Assembly (NCBI GenBank): GCA_910579205.1
Contig: CAJTTD010000011.1
Span: forward strand, 4,417-68,416
DNA from: an uncultured Christensenella sp.
GTDB lineage: Bacteria > Bacillota > Clostridia > Christensenellales > Pumilibacteraceae
Reading direction: 5' to 3'
DNA: 64,000 nucleotides
The position numbers and the translations under genes were made by a program. Below, in pieces: positions 52,001-60,676 of this stretch. Numbering within the stretch: position 1 is the first letter of the stretch; the number at the start of each line of letters is the position of its first letter. The notes under the pieces are model-generated. The model was not told the origin of the DNA and searched no databases. It saw nothing but the letters and a program-made list of their open reading frames with translations.

Positions 52001-53769
52001 AACACTTTTATCTTGTCGCCGTCGCGCGCATAAGTGATAGTCAAGGGGTTTTGTTCGGTCGCGCCCATAAACATATCCTTAACGCCGTAAGGATTGAATT
52101 CGGGGAAGTTTTTATCCCAAGGCGCGCCGTAGCCGGCGAATTTGACTCCGTTGGTGAAGCCGTTATTGAACTCGAAGCCGATCAATTTTTCCGCTCCACC
52201 GACATAAAGACCTATATAACTGTTGTCTTTTACGTCGTACACGTCGTACGAGATCACCCATTTATCGCTGTCGCCGATCTTTTGAGTCCACACCGTGGGA
52301 TCCATGGAAGGATCGCGCGTGAGATGTTTTTCGACCTCGCCCCACGTCATGTTGTCTTTTGTCAGTTCGCCTTCAACGTACCGCACTCCAATCTTGTATT
52401 CGGCGGTATCGGGAATAGTAAAGCTGTCGCCTATAACGGGCTTGCCGTTTACCGTGAAGCAGTCTATCGACATGCCTTCTTTGTCCGCCGCAGAAAACGC
52501 CACGGTGTCGTTTACATAATACTTGGTAGCGGCGAGCGTTACGTCCTCGGAAGCCGCCGATATATTGGCGCGGACCTTGGGCGTAGCCGTCATTGCGGAG
52601 AAGTAAACGTTGCCGTTGGGAATGACTTTTTGATCGTAATCGAAGACTATGCGCACGGTCTGACCGGATATATCGGTCATGCCTATGAACTTGCGGTTAT
52701 CCGACGACTTGTTGCCGTCCGTGCCGCCCCAGTTGCGCGTAGACCAAACGACCTTTGTCCATGCGCCTTTTGCGCAGCGCGTGTCGTTCCACCACATAGA
52801 GCCTACTACGATATCCTCTTCTGTTTCGTTGTACACCCACATTTCGAGCGTTTCGTACTCGGAAAGGTCGATGACCGCGGGGGTGTGGATATATACAAGC
52901 CCTTCGTTCCAGCGCGTTGCCTTTTGTCCGTTGAACGAAACCTTATAAGCTCCGCCGTCCGTGCCGTGCACTTTCGCGCCCTCTTCGTCCTTGCCTACAA
53001 ACTCGCCGCTGTACAAATTCGGCTCGTATACGCTCGCTTGACGCGCGCCGAACTCTTCGTCAAAGTACGCCACTTTGTGCTCTACATAGTTTTGCGGTCC
53101 GTCGATGTTGCGCTCGTAAAAATACTCGTTGGCGTTGCCTACGGCGTCTTCGACATGGATGAGTATGCGGTACTTGCCCGAAGCGTGCGTCGCCGCAAAG
53201 CTGTCGCCGTCTATAAGGGCGACGTCCGTTTCCGTCTTGTTTTCGTCGTCGGCTATGTGCGATACCTTTTTCCAGCACTTGGAAGCTACGTAATCGCCCG
53301 AAAGCGTATAGCTCGGTATGCGATAGGTATTGCCTCTTATATAGAACGACGGAAGTCCGCTCGCATTGAAGTTTATGGTAGGCGCGGTCCTATCCGCAAA
53401 GTCTATAGACACTACGGCGTCTTCCACGTTTTCCGAATTGACCGTATAGGTAAACTCGTAAACGCCCGCATCTTCCACAAGCACCGAGTTGTTTGTTACA
53501 TTCAAGCTCTCGCCGCTCGCATTGGTTACCGATTCGAGTTTTACGGTGTAACCCGCGAGTATGAGTCCGTACTCGTTGATAACGTCGTATTTGGGGCTGA
53601 CATATGTGCCGAGTTCCGCCTCGAGCGTTTGCGGTACGTTTATAAATCCTACGATCTCCGTACCCGACGCTTGTTTTTTGCAGCCCACAAGCGCGACGCC
53701 CGCCGAGCTGACTGCCACGACCGTTACGAGCGCGGCTATACATTTTTTGCGCCGATCGTTGTTTTTCAT
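49003..53769 (-). CDS. 1588-aa modular cell-surface lipoprotein (repeated beta-sandwich / CBM-like modules)
   Basis: ORF 49003..53790. Start set to ATG 53767-53769, with AAAGGAGAA 8 nt upstream. The lipobox is SSAGVALVGC. The protein has four Y..(L/I)..(Y/W).Y...G.WTKV modules, four (F/L).V(D/N)G(K/T).I.G(N/D).(F/M) repeats and two ~150-aa MTWG(E/D)V...FG(L/I)(C/G)ER modules. Confidence 0.8.
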   Translation of the reverse strand: MKNNDRRKKCIAALVTVVAVSSAGVALVGCKKQASGTEIVGFINVPQTLEAELGTYVSPKYDVINEYGLILAGYTVKLESVTNASGESLNVTNNSVLVEDAGVYEFTYTVNSENVEDAVVSIDFADRTAPTINFNASGLPSFYIRGNTYRIPSYTLSGDYVASKCWKKVSHIADDENKTETDVALIDGDSFAATHASGKYRILIHVEDAVGNANEYFYERNIDGPQNYVEHKVAYFDEEFGARQASVYEPNLYSGEFVGKDEEGAKVHGTDGGAYKVSFNGQKATRWNEGLVYIHTPAVIDLSEYETLEMWVYNETEEDIVVGSMWWNDTRCAKGAWTKVVWSTRNWGGTDGNKSSDNRKFIGMTDISGQTVRIVFDYDQKVIPNGNVYFSAMTATPKVRANISAASEDVTLAATKYYVNDTVAFSAADKEGMSIDCFTVNGKPVIGDSFTIPDTAEYKIGVRYVEGELTKDNMTWGEVEKHLTRDPSMDPTVWTQKIGDSDKWVISYDVYDVKDNSYIGLYVGGAEKLIGFEFNNGFTNGVKFAGYGAPWDKNFPEFNPYGVKDMFMGATEQNPLTITYARDGDKIKVFFTKDGQTQYFTTVNHASLGVDNTFGLCERRDNTFGEHTYTNIRGVAGAEKVALYMAQYVAKLNLTDCKADLTQVSLGDWVTLTPDPAPAGKMFLHLTVDGTPISGNVMTVTKTTHDVAAVYATKSTVTLAEGIATAEGNKDTIDVAKGSSVTVVWNGKAPDGQYCKGFKVDGTAIDGNTFTADGDTHSVEPVFAARVAGSNVEINNVSVITGNGGVVYQKENKWKPGKIEYDTAVTYNGVDGAIKTDGTLKVTLNEGECAFAFDNAIAAASENLDDYKEIYFYVYVTDANAFKNIGGWWCRDTAPEAYKWVKVSFNRSKAPQNIDEKSVWENGAKQFAYSVEGGKAGSVMWVTSLYGVPYEKSTVELGAGIATADGKTVYNREQEIKLEYNGTIPSGKIFDCFVVDGKPIGGNMFIATKDKHTVSVKFATNADDMTWGDVDDGYKTVGNDAQVYKVGEGDQWILRYDMTLPKTGWNYFGAYVGGSDQILGVEMHSDNSSRKFGGYGGNWKQMSIVEELPEALRQVLRNSSESPVRVVYVRQGDKIDMYIRHLTTDQGWHVGTVSFAGFEVTGNSFGIGERKGPVNGTLSNIEFITGKQKVDLYRNDVFKNYGEIVIDRPQETIFYKSGSEFKIPTDAYVADWLGNRNDSKTISIDRVENQVGQTIRVINGAVTLDYEGAQVINAVYKADGCANKIVTYRLQPDTGTVFTPSQEFTSKTLEANGNKATVEYTTEQKHGADIGSAKITVKETDDNGDYAYLAFDFGDYDLIEFYAYTTGSDKQMGAHWYGDLGLTAGAWTKVQLGLNTSNTPDYYGGKWVFRLMGFNVGDTVYISSVKLTKYSDYNNKVIDVSKGIGSGTWSTEKNYDGTDATVDKTGSAKLIVNKDDISVSVDASAVNIRDIRKYSELYFYVWTDAENATGKLDYASKSAMSGTEWTGDTGLVKGQWTKVTIAADKFNDMTQWQGNGLAQHRMELFKFRFMNLNGATIYFTSLYGAKKA

Positions 53770-53790
53770 ATCATTTTCTCCTTTATTCAA

Positions 53791-55362
53791 TTATTTAAGG
53801 GCGTCGAGATACGTGTTCCAGTTGTCTTGCAAGCCTTTTTTGCACGTACCGAGCAAACTATCCGCCGTAGTACCGTTGTACAGTTTGGCGTCGGGACCGT
53901 TGGCGTTGACGAGGTCGCCCAAGCCGCCGCGATACACCATTTGAGATTTGTTGTGAGGGAAAATGGGTATCATGTCCGAACCGAACGCATCCAGCCGCGA
54001 GCGAACGAAATCGCTGACCGCTATCGTTTCGTCGGGAACATAGCAAGGATAGCACAAGCCTTTAAGCTCTTTTGCTATGATCTTTTGCGCGCGATCGGAG
54101 TACAAGTACGTGAGGAACTTTTTGGCAAGTTCTTTCTTGTTGGTAGGACGGTTGGCGGGTATGCCTATCGGGTAGTTGGGCGTTGCGGTGTAGCCCATGA
54201 GCCGTGCTTGGCGCACCGTTTCAAAGTCCTCCGCGCTGACGCCGGTTACGGACGTTTCGCCGTTATCGACGGCTTCTACAACTTCCGCAAGTTTTGCGTC
54301 ATTGCTCACCGTGGGAAGTTTGTTTACTATTTCGCTGACAACGGGCGCTCTCATCATGCCGATGTCGGTCGGGTGCGAAAGAAGGTAGGACGACATCTCG
54401 TTTTCCAGCCAGTCGCCGTTTACCATGAACGCCACTTGCTTTTTGTCGTCTACAAAGCCGCCGCCCAAAAACGCGCGTTGCGCTTCCTCAAACGTCATGC
54501 GGCTCGCAAGCGAGTGCGAATAGCCGTTTTTGCTCGATAATAGGCGCGACAGCGTTTGTAACGAGTATTTGCGTCCGTCGGAGTCGTTGATCTCCACGCC
54601 CTGTTTCCAGTCTTGCGTCGTTTCGTCCCAATACTCGCCGTACCAATAATGCTCGAACGACTCCAAACCGTCGTACTGCGCCCACCAAACCGTGCCCAAA
54701 TAGTCCCAGTTGTAGTTGATGCCCGTCGCAAGTCCTACGGTGTAATATCCCTTTTGTTTGAGCTGATTGCCCATTGTGAACAATTCGTTAGTTGTGAGGG
54801 GAAGTTCCCAGTTGCCCTCTCCGAACGCATTGTCCAGAGTGTCTGCGTTATAGCAGATAGCCGACACCGAGTTCTGCGAGAACATTTGATAATATTTGCC
54901 GTCTTTTGCTTCGATGTAATCATACAGCGATCGGTTCATTTTGTCCTTTATCGCTTTATCTTCGCCATCGAACGTCGAATTGTACACCGATGTGATGTCC
55001 TCCAACATTTTGGCGTCTTCCGCTTGATACATGTTGAGCAGCGGCATAACGATATCGTATTTTTCGGTGCCGTTGATGAGGAGCGATTGTATCTCGTTAG
55101 CGGTATAGCTCGGCTCCCACTTTACGGTTTTGCCCGTGAGCGCTTTAAAGTCCGACGAAAGGAGCTTGTTGGTCTCATTGCCGAAACCGCCCGCATAATA
55201 GTGCACGGTTATGCTGCTCGCCAAACCGTCCTCTCCCACTTCGCCGGGATCTTCGGGCGGAACTATAGGTCCGCGTCTTACAGGTCCGCATGCGGCAAGC
55301 GCGCTTACCGCCATCAACGCGCCGAGAGCGGCGCATACCGATTTAAAATATTTTTTCATCAT
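53791..55362 (-). CDS. ABC transporter extracellular solute-binding lipoprotein (large family-1 sugar SBP)
   Basis: MMKKYFKSVCAALGALMAVSALAACG carries the lipobox. The ~520-aa length matches LplA-type SBPs. It sits next to two sugar permease genes. Confidence 0.8.
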   Translation of the reverse strand: MMKKYFKSVCAALGALMAVSALAACGPVRRGPIVPPEDPGEVGEDGLASSITVHYYAGGFGNETNKLLSSDFKALTGKTVKWEPSYTANEIQSLLINGTEKYDIVMPLLNMYQAEDAKMLEDITSVYNSTFDGEDKAIKDKMNRSLYDYIEAKDGKYYQMFSQNSVSAICYNADTLDNAFGEGNWELPLTTNELFTMGNQLKQKGYYTVGLATGINYNWDYLGTVWWAQYDGLESFEHYWYGEYWDETTQDWKQGVEINDSDGRKYSLQTLSRLLSSKNGYSHSLASRMTFEEAQRAFLGGGFVDDKKQVAFMVNGDWLENEMSSYLLSHPTDIGMMRAPVVSEIVNKLPTVSNDAKLAEVVEAVDNGETSVTGVSAEDFETVRQARLMGYTATPNYPIGIPANRPTNKKELAKKFLTYLYSDRAQKIIAKELKGLCYPCYVPDETIAVSDFVRSRLDAFGSDMIPIFPHNKSQMVYRGGLGDLVNANGPDAKLYNGTTADSLLGTCKKGLQDNWNTYLDALK

Positions 55363-55377
55363 TTATCTCCTTTTATA

Positions 55378-56724
55378 TTAAATTTTGATGGGAACTACGA
55401 ACACGCCTTCTCCCGACGGGATCTCGAGCGTGAGCTTGTTGTCTCTTACTTCGTAGACTTTTCTTTTGCCGTTTGCCCAGACGAGCGCGCGGTTGCAGTC
55501 CTTAAATTCAAGTTTGACAACGTCTTCCAAGTCGTCGGTAGGCATTGTAAAGTTGGTTATCATAAGCGCGTCTCTGCCCTCGTCGTCATTGAACTGACCG
55601 ATGAGCGTGTCTTGCGTTGCCGAAACATTGTTTACGCATTTGAGTTCGGTGAGTTCTTTATGGAATCCGAACGAATTGTTTTCGTACTCCTCGTCGTCTT
55701 CGAGGTTGTACGTGCCCTTGACGGACATTGCGCCGTCCCAGTCGAACGACAGATACACGTGGTCGAAGTCGGCTATCTCCGCATTGACTTCTTGCGCCCA
55801 GTAGTACGAAGAGGTGGGAGTGCAAGACGTTTCGTATTCCACGCAGCCGCCGCCGAAATCTTCTATAAACGACTTGCGGTATGTGAAGTACGTGTAGCCG
55901 TTTATGCCGAACGCCATATCCGTATAGATTTGGAACGTAAAGTCTTTGCGGCTTTGAATATCACGGCATATCGAACTGCTGTAATTCTGTATGAACATGT
56001 GGAATTCGCCGTCGTAATCTTTTGCATAGTTGGCGTACACCGCCATCGTGTGCAACCACCGCGTATCCAAAGTATACACGCCGCGCGTTTCGAGCAGCGG
56101 ATAAATATCCGTAGAGAATATCTTTCTGCCGTCTATCTTGGATAAGACCTTATTGTAAAACTTTTCCACATAATCTTCGGTCGTCGTCCACGCATTGTCG
56201 CCGATGTTGTTGGAGGGGTTGCCGTTTACGTACAATGTCATGTCCTTATCGGCATACAGTTCATTATAAGACTCTATCATTGCGGCAACGCTGTCGAAGT
56301 TGTTTATATGCGGTTCGTCCCAAACGTTTATCATATCGACGGCGGGATACACGCTGTAATCGGTCATATCCGCGGGCTTGTTTTCGCCATTGCCTAATGC
56401 AATATCGTTGCCGACTATCGCTTTAAGTCCCACTTTTTCGCAGTGACGGAGCTGATCCAAATATGCTTCGGTGCCCTTTGTTGCCATCGATCCGTCGATG
56501 AACATGTGCGTAAGACCCATGTCTTTCGCCATTTTGTAATCGGCTTCGGTGTTGATTGGAACGTCCCAACCGCCTACCCACATCGACTTATTGTCTTCCC
56601 ATTCGGGATAGGTCTCTTCGCCGTAAAGCGGCGCGCCGCCCCCGCCGCCGGTACATGCAGCGAGCGAAAACGCGGTAAACACCGCCGCCGCTGACATAAA
56701 TCCGATCTTTTTGAAATTTTTCAT
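55378..56724 (-). CDS. Lipoprotein, possibly glycoside-hydrolase-like; function unknown
   Basis: MKNFKKIGFMSAAAVFTAFSLAAC carries the lipobox, and a GGAGG RBS is present. The gene sits between the SBP and permease genes. I see no secure family motif. Confidence 0.55.
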   Translation of the reverse strand: MKNFKKIGFMSAAAVFTAFSLAACTGGGGGAPLYGEETYPEWEDNKSMWVGGWDVPINTEADYKMAKDMGLTHMFIDGSMATKGTEAYLDQLRHCEKVGLKAIVGNDIALGNGENKPADMTDYSVYPAVDMINVWDEPHINNFDSVAAMIESYNELYADKDMTLYVNGNPSNNIGDNAWTTTEDYVEKFYNKVLSKIDGRKIFSTDIYPLLETRGVYTLDTRWLHTMAVYANYAKDYDGEFHMFIQNYSSSICRDIQSRKDFTFQIYTDMAFGINGYTYFTYRKSFIEDFGGGCVEYETSCTPTSSYYWAQEVNAEIADFDHVYLSFDWDGAMSVKGTYNLEDDEEYENNSFGFHKELTELKCVNNVSATQDTLIGQFNDDEGRDALMITNFTMPTDDLEDVVKLEFKDCNRALVWANGKRKVYEVRDNKLTLEIPSGEGVFVVPIKI

Positions 56725-56778
56725 ACGATCCTCCGAGTTTTTTGTTTTTTTAGTATGCGCTTTGCGCTATTTTTTGTT

Positions 56779-57657
56779 TTAACCTTTTATTCCGCCGACG
56801 CTCATGGATTCCATCATCGTCTTTTGGAAACATATAAACAGTACTATTACGGGTATTACGCTGAGAAGCAAGCCCGCAAACAGTACGGGGTAGTTGAACT
56901 GCCGTGTCTGCGAGAGCTGGAATATATACAAGCCCGACGACAGAGTGGGGAACGATTTAAGGAACAGCGTCGGCTCCATGTAGTCGTTCCACATGCCGAC
57001 CATCGTTACTATGAACAACGATCCCATAACGGGCAGCGCTTGCGGCAGCATTATCTTGAAGAATACCCTTAGATGCCCCGCGCCGTCTATGAACCCCGCT
57101 TCCGCGTACGTCCATGACAGCGTTTTAAAGAACGACAGCAGTACGACGAAGTTGAATCCGAAGCCCGACATTTTGGTAACCAAAAGCAAGGGCGAGTTGT
57201 ATATGTGCAAGTTGTTGTAAACGAGATACTGCGCGGGGAACGATCCTACGATGGGGATCATCATGGTAACGATCGCCATCCAGTAGATTATGTTGCGCCC
57301 CGGGAAGCGGTACTTTGCCACTACGTAGCTCGTTATCGCCGACGTCAATACGCCGAGAGCCGCGCCGCCGCACGCATACCATATGGAGTTCCACAGCATG
57401 ACGAACATATTGCTGTCGTTGGCTCTTACTTCCTTAAACGCTTGACCGTAGTTGGAAAACAGCCATTCTTTGGGCAATAGGTTTTTCTCGTGGAATTCGT
57501 CAATGCCCTTAAGCGATATGGAAAACGCGTACAGTACAGCAAATATGAGCGATGCGGCGTACAGCGTGAATAACACGAACACGATTATCTTTATCGCCAA
57601 AAAGTCTTTTTTGACTTTTGCGGTCGATTTGCTTTCTATCGGTTTAAGCTTTGCCAT
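56779..57657 (-). CDS. Carbohydrate ABC transporter permease (MalG/LplC-like)
   Basis: Six TM helices with the EAA loop YAEAGFIDGAGHLRVFFKIMLPQALP. Confidence 0.85.
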   Translation of the reverse strand: MAKLKPIESKSTAKVKKDFLAIKIIVFVLFTLYAASLIFAVLYAFSISLKGIDEFHEKNLLPKEWLFSNYGQAFKEVRANDSNMFVMLWNSIWYACGGAALGVLTSAITSYVVAKYRFPGRNIIYWMAIVTMMIPIVGSFPAQYLVYNNLHIYNSPLLLVTKMSGFGFNFVVLLSFFKTLSWTYAEAGFIDGAGHLRVFFKIMLPQALPVMGSLFIVTMVGMWNDYMEPTLFLKSFPTLSSGLYIFQLSQTRQFNYPVLFAGLLLSVIPVIVLFICFQKTMMESMSVGGIKG

Positions 57658-57670
57658 GATGCGCTCCTCC

Positions 57671-58666
57671 TTAATACGTTACCTGCGGGTCTACCTTGTT
57701 GAGCGCCCAGCGCACAAGGAAGACTACGGGTACGCTGACGAGCGTAAAGAACACGCCCACAGTCGCGGGATAGTTGAGGTTGGCTTTGGCGGTTTGGTTG
57801 TATATCCAGAACGATATCGTCATGTGCGCCGCGTTGTCTACGCTCTCGCCCGCCCCGAAGAACAACAGTATGGGTCCCGTGCTGTTGAACATGGACGTTA
57901 TAACGAGTATGAGCGTCGTGGATATGGTCGGCCACACCATGGGTATTATTATCTGAAACAGTTCGCGCCACCACGGCACGCCGTCGAGCATGCCCGCTTC
58001 TATTACTTCTTGCGGTATTCTGCTCATCGCGCCTTGGTACAGCAGCATGTTGACGCCCAGCCCAGTCCAAACCGTATAAGCGATTATAGTGCCCGTAACC
58101 TTTGATTCGTCGCCCAAAAGATTTGGTATGTTCATGCCGAACAGCGTGAGCAGTTTGTCTATAGGTCCGCCGTAAGAGATCAACTGTTTGTACGTCGCAA
58201 CGAACAACACCGCGCTTATGATGCCGGGAAGGAAGAACATGATGCGGAAAAACTTAAAGCCCCACACCTTTTTGTAGAGGAAATACGCTACAAGGAAGGA
58301 TACGGGTATCATGCACAGTCCCGCGGCAAAGTATTTCATGGTGTTGATCAATGCGATATGCACCGTTGCCTCGGAATTGCTTAGCTCTTTAAAAAGCCGC
58401 GTAAAGTTATCCGCCGACCAAATAAACAGCTCGCCGCCGTCCTCCGCTACGCCGTAGAACGACTGAAACGCCATCATTATGGAGTTGGCGTTTATCCAGA
58501 TGTAAAAAATGGCGAATTGGATAAGCGGTATCAACAGCATACCGTAAGAAAACAGTATTTCTTTCAACCGTCTGTTGGAAATGCGCGATCTCTTTTTCTT
58601 TTCGGGTTTGAGACCTTTTTCCGCCGCGGGCGCGGTCGATACCTTTTGCTCTGCAACTGCTTCCAT
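57671..58666 (-). CDS. Carbohydrate ABC transporter permease (MalF/LplB-like)
   Basis: Multiple TM helices with the EAA loop EAGMLDGVPWWRELFQIIIPMVWP. Confidence 0.85.
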   Translation of the reverse strand: MEAVAEQKVSTAPAAEKGLKPEKKKRSRISNRRLKEILFSYGMLLIPLIQFAIFYIWINANSIMMAFQSFYGVAEDGGELFIWSADNFTRLFKELSNSEATVHIALINTMKYFAAGLCMIPVSFLVAYFLYKKVWGFKFFRIMFFLPGIISAVLFVATYKQLISYGGPIDKLLTLFGMNIPNLLGDESKVTGTIIAYTVWTGLGVNMLLYQGAMSRIPQEVIEAGMLDGVPWWRELFQIIIPMVWPTISTTLILVITSMFNSTGPILLFFGAGESVDNAAHMTISFWIYNQTAKANLNYPATVGVFFTLVSVPVVFLVRWALNKVDPQVTY

Positions 58667-58682
58667 TTTTACCTCCTTTTCT

Positions 58683-60386
58683 TTATTTTTCGATAGCGGC
58701 TACGCTCGAGTTACACTCGGCGATCTTCCGCATAACGCCGTCGCTGAATTTTTTGCCGCGCGCGTACGAATAAAGCCCGTTCTGTTCTTGCTCCACGTCG
58801 TACAGCTGCGTGTAGCAAAATCCGCTTATCTTGTCGCAATCGAGGTATGCGCGCGTCATTTGCAAATATTCTTTTAAGAATATGTCCTCGTCGCTTATCG
58901 TCTGATAGCCCCAGCCGTCGCCTTTTCTGCTGAACGACATGCCGCCGTACTCGCTCGCATTGAGCGGCAGTATGCCGTCGTACGGAATGTTTTCCTGCGC
59001 ATGTTCGGGCGCGTACAGTTTATCCATTATCAAGGTATCTGTGTTTTTGACTTCTTCTATGTATGTAACCGTTTCGTCGCCGCTGTGGTAGTTGTGAAAA
59101 TCGAATATGTCGGTGTATCTGCCATGGAATCCGCCGCTGACGTCCACACAAGGGCGCGTAGGGTCGAGCGCTTTGGTTACGCCGTACGCCGCTTCCACAA
59201 ACCGCACGTCGCGCACGATCTTTTCATTATCCAGATCGCACCACGCCTCGTTGAGCGGACACCACGTTATTATGGACGGATGGTTAAAGTACTGCTCCAC
59301 CACTTCGCTCCACTGCGATACGAACACGCCGAGAGCCTTGGTGTCGAAGCACTTCATGCCCCAGCTCGGAAATTCGCACCACACCAGATATCCCGCTTTG
59401 TCGCATTCGTAAAGATACCGCTGCTCGAACACCTTTTGGTGAAGTCTCGCGCCGTTAAAGCCGAGCGCTTTGGACAGCGCTATGTCGTGCGCGAACTGCT
59501 TTTCGTCTTTTGCCGTGTATATACCGTCCGCGTAATAGCCTTGATCGAGCACAAGCCGCTGAAACACGCTCTTTCCGTTGAGCATGAACTTTTTTCCGTC
59601 ATACTCCGCTATGCGGAATCCGAAATAACTTTTTACAAGGTCGTCGCCGAACGCTATCTCCGCATCATACAGTCTGCCCGACCCAACTTCCCACAACGCG
59701 ACCTCGGACAGCGCTATGTCGAATACATAGCGATACTCAACATAGCCGTTTACCGAGCCGACCGTCTTACCGTCCAGCACGATATTTACAGCCACGTTGC
59801 CGCAACCTTCGGTGATCACTTCGACCTTGACCGTCTTGTAATCGGGCTGCGGATAAAATTTTATTTGTTTTATGTAATTTGCGGGCGTGCGCTCCAGCCA
59901 CACCGTTTGCCATATACCGGTGGAACGCGTATAAAAACATCCGTACGAGTCGGGCTTGCTGCTCTGCTTGCCGCTCGGGATGTTTTCTCGCACGTCGTCG
60001 TGTACCGCCACGGCGATAATGTTTTTGCCTATAGTTGCGTAAGGCGCTATATCAACTTCAAAAGCAGTGTATCCGCCCACGTGTTCGGTTACGAGCGCGC
60101 TGTTGACGTATACCGCCGCAATGTAATCGACCGCGCCGAAGTGTAGAACGAGCCTGCCGCTCAAGTCCTCCTCTGTAACGTCTATCTCTCGCGAATATAC
60201 GCAGTCCGTTATGTAATCTCTCTCGCCTATTCCCGACAGTATAGATTCGGGACAGAACGGAACTTCTATTTTATGCGTAAATTCGCCGAGGTCGGCGTAT
60301 TTGCATTTCGCGAAATCCCATGCTCCGTTAAGGCACATGTACGAACGTCGTTGAAATTGAGGATTGGGATGTTCGTTCCTGCTCAT
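58683..60386 (-). CDS. Glycoside hydrolase family 2 enzyme
   Basis: Supporting motifs are LNGAWDF, LHFGAVDYIAAVYVNS...GGYTAFEVDI, GFNGARLHQ and WCPLNE. Confidence 0.8.
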   Translation of the reverse strand: MSRNEHPNPQFQRRSYMCLNGAWDFAKCKYADLGEFTHKIEVPFCPESILSGIGERDYITDCVYSREIDVTEEDLSGRLVLHFGAVDYIAAVYVNSALVTEHVGGYTAFEVDIAPYATIGKNIIAVAVHDDVRENIPSGKQSSKPDSYGCFYTRSTGIWQTVWLERTPANYIKQIKFYPQPDYKTVKVEVITEGCGNVAVNIVLDGKTVGSVNGYVEYRYVFDIALSEVALWEVGSGRLYDAEIAFGDDLVKSYFGFRIAEYDGKKFMLNGKSVFQRLVLDQGYYADGIYTAKDEKQFAHDIALSKALGFNGARLHQKVFEQRYLYECDKAGYLVWCEFPSWGMKCFDTKALGVFVSQWSEVVEQYFNHPSIITWCPLNEAWCDLDNEKIVRDVRFVEAAYGVTKALDPTRPCVDVSGGFHGRYTDIFDFHNYHSGDETVTYIEEVKNTDTLIMDKLYAPEHAQENIPYDGILPLNASEYGGMSFSRKGDGWGYQTISDEDIFLKEYLQMTRAYLDCDKISGFCYTQLYDVEQEQNGLYSYARGKKFSDGVMRKIAECNSSVAAIEK

Positions 60387-60416
60387 TTTCTCTCCTTTTG
60401 ATTATCGACTACACAC

Positions 60417-60445
60417 ATTATAACATTCGCGCGCAAACTATACAA
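60417..60445 (-). promoter_or_regulatory. Putative promoter of the GH2/ABC glycan operon
   Basis: Minus strand reads TTGTAT (60445-60440), a 17-nt spacer, then TGtTATAAT (hexamer 60422-60417), about 30 nt upstream of ATG 60386. Confidence 0.45.
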
Positions 60446-60450
60446 TACTT

Positions 60451-60595
60451 AAAACGCTTCCGATTTTGTACATAATGATGTGCAAATACTTTCAATATTT
60501 GGTGCAACTCCGAAATTTATACAATAGATCGGAGCTTTGTTCCCAATTTTCGGAAGCGTTATGCAACCACGCATCGAGATTTGTTTCCGATTTTT
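60451..60595. promoter_or_regulatory. Cluster of four TCCGAWWWTT motifs (putative operator sites)
   Basis: The four motifs are CTTCCGATTTT (60457-60467, +), ACTCCGAAATTT (60507-60518, +), AATTTTCGGAAG (60545-60556, inverted) and TTTCCGATTTTT (60584-60595, +). Sites 1 and 3 share the 11-nt core AACGCTTCCGA in inverted orientation. Confidence 0.4.
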
Positions 60596-60615
60596 GAGAA
60601 TTATTCCAAAAAATA

Positions 60616-60643
60616 TTGACATTGGTTCGATATACGATATAAT
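60616..60643 (+). promoter_or_regulatory. Promoter of the ArsR-like regulator gene
   Basis: TTGACA (60616-60621), a 16-nt spacer, then TATAAT (60638-60643), about 34 nt upstream of ATG 60677. Confidence 0.5.
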
Positions 60644-60676
60644 ATAAGTGATATTCCATTATCCGAGAGAGAGAAA

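Noticed and set aside
51343-54540. A 1065-aa plus-strand ORF spanning the giant lipoprotein gene and the SBP gene.
   Set aside because: It runs antisense to two well-supported genes and crosses their boundary. The sequence is Arg/Val/Ala-rich and low in complexity, with no RBS and no motif. This is the typical shadow ORF produced when the sense strand avoids TTA/CTA/TCA codons.
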